Source of the DNA: Acaryochloris marina MBIC11017 | GTDB lineage: Bacteria > Cyanobacteriota > Cyanobacteriia > Thermosynechococcales > Thermosynechococcaceae | Assembly: GCF_000018105.1 (NCBI RefSeq) | Contig: NC_009925.1 | Span: forward strand, 3,510,001-3,542,000 | Length of the DNA stretch: 32,000 nt | Direction: 5' to 3' | Part shown: positions 8,796 to 16,267 of the stretch, piece after piece | How positions within the stretch are numbered: the first letter of the stretch is position 1 | Layout of the letters: each line of letters opens with the position of its first letter | Notes under the pieces: model-generated | Databases searched by the model: none | What the model saw: only the letters and a program-made list of their open reading frames with translations | What the model was told of the DNA's origin: nothing | Made by a program: the position numbers and the translations under genes

Positions 8796-9107
8796 ATGAC
8801 GAAGACCTTAATTAATCTCACGTTAGCTATCGTGAAAGAAGAGGCGGAGTTACTCGCAGAGTATTGTCCCAACCCTATCTACCAAGATGTGCTGGGGAAT
8901 CCCGCAACTAAACAGGAACTGATGACCTATGTTTTAAGTCGAGTTCCCAATACCTATGTACTGACTGCGGAACCAACGCCCCTGTCTGCACGTGGACAAA
9001 CCACTGCCTACCGTCTCCACATTGAGACATTACTGAAGCAAGGCATGGACGTACTTGGCGGCCATCGTCCGATGACTGCCCTTCGGGAGACTCAAACTGT
9101 TGGATGA
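8796..9107 (+). CDS. Small conserved-looking protein, possibly ComFB-like
   Basis: 103-aa ORF with an ATG start. NLTLAIVKEEAELL....KQELMTYVLSRVPNTYV resembles the ComFB pattern (N-x-x-E-x-L-V-E-E-E ... Y-A-L-N-R-L-P-P-x-Y). This is pattern resemblance only. Confidence 0.5.
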   Translation: MTKTLINLTLAIVKEEAELLAEYCPNPIYQDVLGNPATKQELMTYVLSRVPNTYVLTAEPTPLSARGQTTAYRLHIETLLKQGMDVLGGHRPMTALRETQTVG

Positions 9108-9210
9108 GCGGCTGGATGCCCGTTTTTCCTTGCTTAGATGACTAGCCTGACTGTTTGTACTTGTAGATGAGATTGTTTAACCAAGCATTAACGATGCTGG
9201 GGGACTGGAG

Positions 9211-9447
9211 ATGACTGCCAACCGATACCAACAACTGATTGACTTTTTAACCCAAGAAGTCGGGATTTCGACAGAGTCGATCAATATTGCCCTGAAGTCT
9301 TGTCAACAACAGCAAGGGCCTTTGCCGATGATTCTGTGGCAGTACGGCTTGATTACATTAGAGCAGCTTAATGAGGTCTTTCATTGGATTGAGACATCTT
9401 TTGGTCCCGATGAAACCTACAACATTACAATCAACTGTGAAAAATGA
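9211..9447 (+). CDS. DUF2949-family protein (cyanobacterial small protein)
   Basis: 78 aa. The LIDFLTQEVGIS....LPMILWQYGLITLEQLNEVFHWIE block matches my recollection of the DUF2949 signature (LPMVLWQYGLITLEQLD). Confidence 0.75.
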   Translation: MTANRYQQLIDFLTQEVGISTESINIALKSCQQQQGPLPMILWQYGLITLEQLNEVFHWIETSFGPDETYNITINCEK

Positions 9448-9454
9448 GGTTTTT

Positions 9455-9739
9455 ATGTTCTCTTTAACCACTCGACATCAACCTTGGTGGGTACATATTC
9501 AAACCACGATTCCTGATTGTCAATATTATTTTGGCCCCTTCGATACTATCGAAGAGGCAGAGGCCCATCAATCGGGGTATGTAGAAGATTTAGTCCAAGA
9601 GCAAGCCTTAGAAATTGTGGTCAAAGTCAGTCGCTGCCAACCTGAAATGTTGACCCTTTGTGATGAAGAAGATCTTTATCCTATGGACTGGCGGGATTTG
9701 TCTCCCCATGACCGACCGACGGTGCTATGCCATTGCTAG
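9455..9739 (+). CDS. DUF1816-family protein
   Basis: In-frame ATG 9455 is preceded by GAGG (9446-9449) and lies 8 nt after the DUF2949 stop. WWVHIQTTIPDCQYYFGPFDTIEEAEAHQSGYVEDLVQE matches the DUF1816 signature (WWVEI.T..P.C.YYFGPF...EA). The track's 9371 start would overlap the upstream gene. Confidence 0.75.
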   Translation: MFSLTTRHQPWWVHIQTTIPDCQYYFGPFDTIEEAEAHQSGYVEDLVQEQALEIVVKVSRCQPEMLTLCDEEDLYPMDWRDLSPHDRPTVLCHC

Positions 9740-9742
9740 CCT

Positions 9743-10051
9743 TTAATCGGTGGTAATCCAGAAAAAGCCTGGATCCGTGCGCCGCTGATCATCGAGTAAT
9801 TCAGATTCCCAAATATCAGGATTGGCGGTGGCTGCCAAGGGACGCTTGCCCGACATTTGTAGCTCAAGGTCGGGGGTCTGGGCGGGAGTGTCGCTGTTTT
9901 CTGGAAATAGGGTAATGGAAGGCTTTACTTCACCCCCCAAAGCTTTAGCAGATTCTCGCGGTGCGGGGGGAGAAGGGATGGTTCCGGCCCAGGCGGGGCT
10001 GGTGAATGTTGTCAGCAGACTGGCAACCAGGATGAATTTGAGAGAAGTCAT
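9743..10051 (-). CDS. Small secreted hypothetical protein (Sec signal peptide)
   Basis: 102 aa. N-terminal MTSLKFILVASLLTTFTSPAWA|G has n-h-c signal-peptide structure. The mature part is Pro- and acid-rich. No family recognised. Confidence 0.6.
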   Translation of the reverse strand: MTSLKFILVASLLTTFTSPAWAGTIPSPPAPRESAKALGGEVKPSITLFPENSDTPAQTPDLELQMSGKRPLAATANPDIWESELLDDQRRTDPGFFWITTD

Positions 10052-10147
10052 GGTATGTGTGAGGGTTTCAGATACTGGCAGTCTAGAAACTCGCGGGAAA
10101 AGTTGGGGTGTCTCAGCCCAGCCTGTAATGGCGATCTAGATCATTGC

Positions 10148-10158
10148 TAGGATGCCCA
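10148..10158. repeat. Left copy of the 11-bp direct repeat TAGGATGCCCA bracketing the AT-rich islet
   Basis: TAGGATGCCCA is read at 10148-10158 and again at 11436-11446. The two copies enclose only the UDG-like gene plus its flanking AT-rich DNA. Confidence 0.7.
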
Positions 10159-10240
10159 CTCTCTCGTGAGAGAGATCTGGAAGGATGGGCGTGCGATCTC
10201 AACCAACGTATTGCGTGAACCCAGTACGTCTTAACTCCAA

Positions 10241-10278
10241 TGGTAAAAACATAAGCGAGTGAAAGTGTTCATTCACTC
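10241..10278 (-). terminator. Candidate intrinsic terminator of the UDG-like gene
   Basis: On the minus strand, GAGTGAA / TTCACTC form a 7-bp stem (10257-10263 with 10272-10278) with an 8-nt loop, followed by GCTTATGTTTTTACC. It lies about 95 nt after the stop codon. Confidence 0.35.
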
Positions 10279-10373
10279 AAATGACTCAAGCATCCAACTT
10301 ATAAGTTTGGGAAACATTTTAGGCGTTTCAATGAGATATAAAATTAGCATCGATATATCAATGTTTTTACACT

Positions 10374-11354
10374 TTATTGATTAGTCCAATTGGGTTCCCA
10401 ATCTTTAATTTTTGACTGCCAATACTTTACTTTATTGGCATGTGTAGCACGTTGCCCATTTAATATAGTTGACCAACACCTGTTTCCTCCACTAGGATGC
10501 GGAAAATTGAACCTATTAACTTTTAAGGGGAGTTTTTTGATTTCATTAGCTGCTTGTTTCCCCCATGTTATTAGCGCTACTGGATCACCAATTTTTAATT
10601 CTTCCTCTAGTATGTTTAAAAAACGATCAGCGTTTGAGCCAAGTGGTATACCTCGATTCTGCTTACCTGCTTGCCTAATCCAGATTTTAAAAATATCAGT
10701 TAAGTAAACTCTGTAGCCTTTTCTGAGCAAGACATCAACCATTTTGAAATAAAGTTTTGTAGCCCGATGGCTTTCTCGACAACCTTTAGCATGAAAGCCA
10801 AATGGTGTGCCTAATTCAAGTTTGTCTGACTGCTGACTTCTAAGTGGATCTTGCGCAAGAATAACAATAGTTGGTTTATGGGAGCATGTGTTATTAAGTT
10901 CAATCAGGCTAGGTAAGTCAGATCCAACCATTGGAGCATTGTTGTACCGCTCACAAAACTCTTGCCCCTCAGGACTGAAAAAAGAACGACTTACCATTTG
11001 AGGCTGAGGATAATCTGGCAAGTCAAATGTATCGCGCCATGAATTGTAAAAGGTTTCTAACTGTGCCCGGCTAGTGTTAAAAACTGAACATAGAACTTTG
11101 CTTAACTCTGAAAATTCTGTAGGGCTAAATTTACAGAATGCGTAACTTGGATATGGATTTAAGGTTGAAGTTTGTATTATGTGATTTTTCCAATATGAAA
11201 CATGCTCTTCAATACGATCGCTAATTCTCTCTTGTCCGGATTCTTCCAACCATTTTGCAATGGTTTGTCTTTGGGGTATTTTTTTGCCTTTGAGTTCTTT
11301 TGCAATTTCCTGGCGGACCGTCTCAACTGTATGAGGACCTGACGAATGATTCAT
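10374..11354 (-). CDS. Divergent uracil-DNA-glycosylase-superfamily protein with an unrecognised ~170-aa N-terminal domain
   Basis: ATG at 11354 (the track start 11387 is TTG). The C-terminal ~165 aa carries UDG-fold landmarks in canonical order and spacing (numbering from the track ORF). VILAQDP (A178-P181 = 10845-10856). GTPFGF. VYLTDIFK (Asp231 = 10695-10697; family-4 consensus vYItNvvK). FPHPSGGN (H297-G300 = 10488-10499). The gene is visibly AT-rich relative to its neighbours. Confidence 0.65.
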   Translation of the reverse strand: MNHSSGPHTVETVRQEIAKELKGKKIPQRQTIAKWLEESGQERISDRIEEHVSYWKNHIIQTSTLNPYPSYAFCKFSPTEFSELSKVLCSVFNTSRAQLETFYNSWRDTFDLPDYPQPQMVSRSFFSPEGQEFCERYNNAPMVGSDLPSLIELNNTCSHKPTIVILAQDPLRSQQSDKLELGTPFGFHAKGCRESHRATKLYFKMVDVLLRKGYRVYLTDIFKIWIRQAGKQNRGIPLGSNADRFLNILEEELKIGDPVALITWGKQAANEIKKLPLKVNRFNFPHPSGGNRCWSTILNGQRATHANKVKYWQSKIKDWEPNWTNQ

Positions 11355-11435
11355 AGAATGGCGTGGGTGAGCTGTGGAGCAAAACAATCACGAAATGCCT
11401 AATGTATTTACAGGCTTATCGTTTTTCCTTATTTT

Positions 11436-11446
11436 TAGGATGCCCA
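11436..11446. repeat. Right copy of the 11-bp direct repeat TAGGATGCCCA
   Basis: Identical 11-mer. It lies 46 nt downstream of the pstB stop (11492) and 82 nt upstream of the UDG-like ATG (11354). Confidence 0.7.
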
Positions 11447-11491
11447 GCTTTTTCTGCCTCAAGTTTAAACAGCTTGTTGAATAGCGACTGA

Positions 11492-12301
11492 TTAACCCCG
11501 GCGACCGCTGACATAGGCTGCCGTCAGGGGATCTTGGGGATGGGTAAAAATCTCTTGAGCGGAGCCAAATTCAATCAATTGACCCACATCATGCTGCACC
11601 CAGAAAAAAGCCACATCATCGGCAATACGGGAGGCTTGGCCGAGGTTGTGAGTGACAACCAGAATCGTATAAGTGCCTTTTAACCGCACAATTAAATCTT
11701 CGATCACTTCGCTGGAGAGGGGATCCAGGGCACTACAGGGCTCGTCCATGAGCAGAACTTGAGGTTTTAAGGCCAAAGCTCTTGCGAGGCAGAGGCGTTG
11801 CTGTTGCCCTCCAGACAGGGAAAGGGCAGGCGCTTTGAGGCGATCTTTGACTTCTGTCCACAGGCCCACATCCGTGAGGGTGGTTTCGATGATGTGGTGG
11901 ATATGGGTGCGATCGCAAATCCCATGCTCTTTCAACGGAAATGCCAAATTGCGGTAAATGGAGAGGGGAAAGGGATTCGGTTTTTGGAACAGCATGCCCA
12001 CTTGGCGGCGCAGGGGCGTTAGGGGTATCGTCGCCGTATCGCAATCATTTAAATAAACTTGACCAAAAAGCTGAGCTTTAGGTGTGAGTTCATGGAGGCG
12101 ATTTAAACAGCTTAAAAAGCTGGTTTTGCCACAGCCCGATGGACCGATTAAAGCCGTTATCTGTCCCGCTCGAAACTGAGCATCCACATTGGCAAAGGCC
12201 ACCTTGCGCCCATAGCGTAAACTCAGCTGTTCTACCCGGACGCTAGGAGGCTGGTGATGATCAGCGGTGAGGGATGGTGGGCTCAAGGTGGGAGAGGTCA
12301 T
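11492..12301 (-). CDS. pstB: Phosphate ABC transporter ATP-binding protein PstB
   Basis: 269 aa. Walker A GPSGCGKTS followed by the PstB-typical FLSCLNRLHEL, signature LSGGQQQRLCLARAL, Walker B LLMDEP. Start ATG overlaps the pstA stop (TCAT at 12298-12301). Confidence 0.9.
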   Translation of the reverse strand: MTSPTLSPPSLTADHHQPPSVRVEQLSLRYGRKVAFANVDAQFRAGQITALIGPSGCGKTSFLSCLNRLHELTPKAQLFGQVYLNDCDTATIPLTPLRRQVGMLFQKPNPFPLSIYRNLAFPLKEHGICDRTHIHHIIETTLTDVGLWTEVKDRLKAPALSLSGGQQQRLCLARALALKPQVLLMDEPCSALDPLSSEVIEDLIVRLKGTYTILVVTHNLGQASRIADDVAFFWVQHDVGQLIEFGSAQEIFTHPQDPLTAAYVSGRRG

Positions 12302-13152
12302 AGAATTTGTAGTTTGGATTGGCGAAAGCGTTCGGCTAACCAGGAGACTAAAGTATTAATCAGGATAAGCAAGATGACGAGGACTAGAGCAGTCCCATAG
12401 GCATTCTGTTCACCGCCGGGGATATTCATCGCCAAGTCGAAAATATGAATCGATAGTACCCGGCCAGAATCGAGTAATGATGTCGGCATCCGATCGACAT
12501 AACCACTTGTGAAAATTAAGGCAGCAGTTTCTGCAATGGCCCGTCCAATTCCCAGCAAAACCCCCACGGCAATCCCCGGTAGCGCTGCCGGTAAAATCAG
12601 GGTTTTCAGGGTGCCTAAACGAGATAATCCTAATGCTGCTGCCGCTTGGCGATACTCGCGAGGGACATTAACTAGTCCCACCTGAATGGAGCGAATGAGA
12701 ATGGGCAACACCATACAGGCTAAGGTCAGGCCCCCGGACAAAATGGAGAATCCCAGATCTAAAACTTTTGAGAAAAAAGCATTGCCAAACAGGCCAAACA
12801 CTATTGAGGGGACCCCTGCCAAAATATCTAAGCTGAGACGAATGACCCGATGAGAGCGCTGTGGATTGAATTCCGATAAGAACACAGCCGTGCCTAATCC
12901 CAAGGGAAGGGATACGCCCATACAAACCCCTAAGACGAGTCCTGTGGAGACCAAAATGGGAGCAATACCGCCTTCTAGCCCAGCTTTAGCGGGAGCTTGG
13001 GTTAAAAAGGTACCATTGACGGCTTGCCCTCCTTGCCAAATCACATTGCTGAGCAGCCAGAGAAACACAGCGGTAATTCCCAAGGCCACTAGCCAAACCA
13101 CCAGGGTGGCTCCTTGTTCCTTACCAATAGGGATAGCCAGACGACGGACCAT
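12298..13152 (-). CDS. pstA: Phosphate ABC transporter permease PstA
   Basis: 284-aa polytopic permease in the conserved pstS-C-A-B order, with an EAA-like loop (GRAIAETAALIFTSG). Confidence 0.85.
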   Translation of the reverse strand: MVRRLAIPIGKEQGATLVVWLVALGITAVFLWLLSNVIWQGGQAVNGTFLTQAPAKAGLEGGIAPILVSTGLVLGVCMGVSLPLGLGTAVFLSEFNPQRSHRVIRLSLDILAGVPSIVFGLFGNAFFSKVLDLGFSILSGGLTLACMVLPILIRSIQVGLVNVPREYRQAAAALGLSRLGTLKTLILPAALPGIAVGVLLGIGRAIAETAALIFTSGYVDRMPTSLLDSGRVLSIHIFDLAMNIPGGEQNAYGTALVLVILLILINTLVSWLAERFRQSKLQIL

Positions 13153-13153
13153 C

Positions 13154-14056
13154 TCAACCCTCCGGTGAATCCGTCCAGGGATCGGTGACGACGACCAGCC
13201 CAGTTACCACCAGCATGAGAACAAGTCCACTGGCAAATAGGGCTGAACGGTGAAGATCGAGGGCATAGGCCATTTCCAAGGCAATATTGGCAGTCAATGT
13301 ACGGACAGGGGCAAAGATCGAATCGGGGACCTGGACAACATTTCCGCAGACCATGAGGACCGCCATGGTTTCGCCTAGGGCGCGGGCGGTGGCGAGCATC
13401 ACAGCCGTTAAGATACCAGAGCGAATAGCAGGTAAACAGACCCCCTGGATGGTGGCCCAGGTTCCTACACCCAATGCGGCGGACCCGCGCCAGTAGGATG
13501 AGGGTAAGCTGGCTAGACTGGCATCAGTAACCAGGGCAATCGTGGGCAAAATCATCAAAGCTAAAATCAAAATTCCCGCCAAGAGACTAGAACCGGGGGG
13601 CTGAACTTTGGCAATTAAAGGCACGAGAACTACTAGGCCCCATAAGCCATAGACCACAGAGGGAATGCCAGCCAGTAACTCGATTAGGCGTCGATAGAGT
13701 TGGGAAACGCCTGCTGGGGCATAGTATTGGCAAAATACCGCTGATAAAAGTCCTAGGGGAGTTGCCACCAATACTGCGCCAATGGTGACTCCCAATGTTC
13801 CCATCACCATCGGAGTGAGATTGTACGCCTGTTCACTAGGGTGCCAACCTGGATCTCGCCAAAATTGATTGAGAGAAATGGTGCGCAGAATCGGTAGCGT
13901 TTCCCAGATAAGAAAGCCCAGAACTAACAGCAAAATGGCCCCGGAACAGAGCGCCAGGATCTGCAACAGAATTCTCCAGATTGCTTCACTCTTGAACCGG
14001 GACAAGGGACTGCTCCTGCACAATATCCTTGACCTGGGAGGATTGGGCAAAGTCAA
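13154..14056 (-). CDS. pstC: Phosphate ABC transporter permease PstC (start codon uncertain)
   Basis: 300-aa polytopic permease with an EAA-like loop (ARALGETMAVLMVCG). The track start 14056 is a TTG that overlaps pstS by 71 nt. An in-frame TTG at 14005 would cut the overlap to 20 nt. Confidence 0.8.
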   Translation of the reverse strand: MTLPNPPRSRILCRSSPLSRFKSEAIWRILLQILALCSGAILLLVLGFLIWETLPILRTISLNQFWRDPGWHPSEQAYNLTPMVMGTLGVTIGAVLVATPLGLLSAVFCQYYAPAGVSQLYRRLIELLAGIPSVVYGLWGLVVLVPLIAKVQPPGSSLLAGILILALMILPTIALVTDASLASLPSSYWRGSAALGVGTWATIQGVCLPAIRSGILTAVMLATARALGETMAVLMVCGNVVQVPDSIFAPVRTLTANIALEMAYALDLHRSALFASGLVLMLVVTGLVVVTDPWTDSPEG

Positions 14057-14846
14057 TAAATTTTTGCTGTTGGGGATTGAGGGGGCCTTGAGTCACTAAG
14101 TTGAGGGGACGCGATAGGGGAAACGATCCATCTCGAACGGTTTGGGCCGTCGCCTGAATTCCTTCTAGGGGCAGTACTTTAATAGGAGTGCCCTGTTCCA
14201 CATTCACTTTCGCTGCGCCGACGGATACATAGCCAATGGCCAGCGGGTTACCTGCCACGGTTTTGATGCCTTGCTCGTTATCGCCAATGACTACATCCGC
14301 TTTAATCTGCGAGGACTTGAGCTGGAAGTGCTTGGTAAAGACTTCTAATGTGGAGCGACCTTCAGCTTTATTGACGACGGTAATGGCTTGGGATTTACCG
14401 CCAGCGTCCTGCCAGTTGTTGAGCTTGTCCGTATAGATATCGGTAATTTGCTGACGAGTCAGTCGCTGAATCGGGTTATCCCGATGGACAATCACCACAA
14501 CACCATCTTTGGCGATGGTATGGAAGTTGAGGCCCTGGTCTTCTGGTTTGGCGGCGCGGGACACCATGCCAATATCGGCGACCTGTTGGCGCACATCGGC
14601 AATGCCACGAGACGAGCCTCCTGTTTGTACGTCAATCCGCACCTGGGGGTTTTGGGCTTCATAGCGTTTGGCGATTTCGGAGGCAACGGGGGCAATGGTA
14701 CTGGATCCAGTAATCACCAGTTTTTGCGGGGCGTTGTCGGAGCTAGACGCTTGTAAACTGCTACAGGCTTGCAATCCCAGGGATAAACCCAAAAACGCAC
14801 CGGCGATGGCTCGACCAGACATAACGGTTCCTGCTAATGACTCCAT
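13986..14846 (-). CDS. pstS: Phosphate-binding protein PstS (PBP-like-2 family), probable lipoprotein
   Basis: 286 aa. ITGSSTIAPVASEIAKRY....GGSSRGI is typical of PstS-family binding proteins. Lipobox-like LGLQAC. Alternative ATG at 14822. First gene of the operon. Confidence 0.8.
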   Translation of the reverse strand: MESLAGTVMSGRAIAGAFLGLSLGLQACSSLQASSSDNAPQKLVITGSSTIAPVASEIAKRYEAQNPQVRIDVQTGGSSRGIADVRQQVADIGMVSRAAKPEDQGLNFHTIAKDGVVVIVHRDNPIQRLTRQQITDIYTDKLNNWQDAGGKSQAITVVNKAEGRSTLEVFTKHFQLKSSQIKADVVIGDNEQGIKTVAGNPLAIGYVSVGAAKVNVEQGTPIKVLPLEGIQATAQTVRDGSFPLSRPLNLVTQGPLNPQQQKFIDFAQSSQVKDIVQEQSLVPVQE

Positions 14847-14996
14847 AAAAATTCGGTAACCCCTGGATTCAAGGGTCGCTTAAAAGTTTGAATCGGTCGT
14901 GGGGAAACGACCTAGGATAACGAACTTAATAACACCGGAAAATATAGTTGAACACGGCTCTACCTCCTATCCTCCACAGTCTTAACGCCACTGATG

Positions 14997-15151
14997 GCCC
15001 CCTAAATCCCCCACTGGTGGGGGATTTGTCTGCTCGACCCACACAGGATCTGTGACAGAGTTGAACCTCAGCAGATCTAGAGGCCTCATGGCCTAGATTC
15101 ATTAACCTAGACATAGGCTCAAAGTCCCCCAGAATGGGGGATTTAGGGGGC
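14997..15151. repeat. 155-bp highly structured palindromic (MITE-like) element
   Basis: Perfect 16-bp terminal inverted repeats GCCCCCTAAATCCCCC (14997-15012) / GGGGGATTTAGGGGGC (15136-15151). Internal hairpins AAATCCCCC-ACTGGT-GGGGGATTT (15004-15027) and TCCCCC-AGAAT-GGGGGA (15125-15141). Central imperfect palindrome around AGGCC-TCAT-GGCCT (15081-15094). Only one copy occurs in this window. Confidence 0.55.
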
Positions 15152-15216
15152 GAGTGCAAAAGCTGATGTTGCCAAAAGAGACGGCAGAAATCTCAGTATC
15201 AATCACTTTTCATTCC

Positions 15217-15519
15217 CTAAATAGAAAAGGAAGTAAATGAGAATTCGCAACAACCTAAATCCAATCCTTCTTGGGACACCTGACTTTGGACATCTGGTAC
15301 CAGGGCATAAAGGACGGCTTTGCCATCGCGAGTAGCTTGCACAAATCCGGCCTGCCGCAACACTTTCAAATGGTGGGACAGGAGACTTTGCTCGACGTTC
15401 AAAACGGCATTGATTTCATTGACGTGTTGAGGGCCATTCATCAATAGCTTCAGAATTGAGAGCCGAGTGGCGTCCGCCAAGGTTTTGAGCTTGTTGGCAC
15501 AAGATTGAGATGTTTTCAT
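15217..15519 (-). CDS. ArsR/SmtB-family transcriptional regulator
   Basis: ATG at 15519 (the track start 15540 is TTG). LADATRLSILKLL....VNEINAVLNVEQSLLSHHLKVLRQAGFV..RDGKAVLY is a classic ArsR winged-HTH signature. Confidence 0.85.
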   Translation of the reverse strand: MKTSQSCANKLKTLADATRLSILKLLMNGPQHVNEINAVLNVEQSLLSHHLKVLRQAGFVQATRDGKAVLYALVPDVQSQVSQEGLDLGCCEFSFTSFSI

Positions 15520-15588
15520 GCTCACCTTGCTTTTGGTCAACCTAGGGTGTGGGTATTTATAGGAATTTTTATCTGTGTTGAATATATC

Positions 15589-15598
15589 TTGATATCAA
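15589..15598. promoter_or_regulatory. Perfect 10-bp palindrome TTGATATCAA in the arsR / exonuclease divergent intergenic region (candidate operator)
   Basis: Read directly, 70 nt upstream of the arsR-family ATG. A second small palindrome TGATT-CATT-AATCA lies at 15602-15615. ArsR/SmtB repressors bind AT-rich inverted repeats in their own promoters. Assigning this site is inference. Confidence 0.3.
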
Positions 15599-15712
15599 TT
15601 TTGATTCATTAATCATAGATTAAAGTTTCCTGAATCCTGCTGATCCTGGAAGGGCTGCGAGTAGAACTTGGATAGGCTATCTTGGACAGGTTTATGGTGA
15701 ACTGGAACGGTT

Positions 15713-16231
15713 ATGAGTTTTGTGATGGTCGACGTGGAGTCGGATGGTCCTATCCCCGGCGACTATTCGATGGTTTGTTTTGGAGCTGTGATTGTAGAGC
15801 CAACGTTGTCAAAAACGTTTTATGGGCAGTTAAAGCCGATTTCTGAACAGTGGGTTCCAGAAGCATTAGCGGTCAGTGGTTTTAGTCGGGATGATGTCCT
15901 TGGCTTTGAGGAACCAGCTATGGTGATGCAGGCGTTTGCGGATTGGATTACCGAGAATAGCAAGGGGCGTCCGTTCTTTATTTCGGACAATAACGGCTTT
16001 GACTGGCAGTTTATCAATTGGTATTTTCACCATTTCCTGGGCAATAATCCCTTTGGCTATACATCTTCCAATCTTGGTTCTCTGTATAAGGGCCTGGTCA
16101 AGGACACCTTCACGAATTTCAAGCACTTACGGAAAACGGCGCATACTCACCATCCGGTGGATGATGCTCGGGGGAATGCAGAAGCGCTATTGCTGATGAA
16201 GGAACAGGGCTTGAAAATTAGCCTGAAGTAA
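15713..16231 (+). CDS. DEDDh-type 3'-5' exonuclease (DnaQ fold, small Rv2179c-like size class)
   Basis: 172 aa. Exo I VMVDVESDG, Exo II FFISDNNGFDWQF, Exo III HHPVDDARGNAE (H-x4-D). Confidence 0.75.
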   Translation: MSFVMVDVESDGPIPGDYSMVCFGAVIVEPTLSKTFYGQLKPISEQWVPEALAVSGFSRDDVLGFEEPAMVMQAFADWITENSKGRPFFISDNNGFDWQFINWYFHHFLGNNPFGYTSSNLGSLYKGLVKDTFTNFKHLRKTAHTHHPVDDARGNAEALLLMKEQGLKISLK

Positions 16232-16267
16232 ACCACCCACTCAGTTGCATGCTCACAAATCAACACT

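Noticed and set aside
9371-9454. Upstream extension of the DUF1816 ORF overlapping the DUF2949 gene
   Set aside because: It would overlap the preceding gene by 77 nt in another frame. The family signature begins after the internal ATG 9455, which has its own GAGG.
11355-11387. TTG-initiated 11-codon extension of the UDG-like ORF
   Set aside because: The start is non-ATG and an in-frame ATG follows at 11354. Neither start is proven, but the ATG is the more conservative call.
12866-13168. Plus-strand ORFs antisense to the pst genes (12866..13168, 13287..13496, 14388..14756 and others)
   Set aside because: They are antisense to strongly supported ABC-transporter genes and have no motifs.
14847-14996. 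Pho boxes upstream of pstS, and upstream of phoD at 30660-30703
   Set aside because: Only isolated TTAA-containing octamers are visible (for example ATTAAGTT and CTTAACCC). I could not find two or three tandem PyTTAAPyPy(T/A) units at 11-bp spacing, so no site is claimed.
14926-15159. 77-aa ORF on the minus strand
   Set aside because: It lies entirely across the palindromic G5/C5-rich repeat. The composition is that of a translated repeat, and there is no start context.
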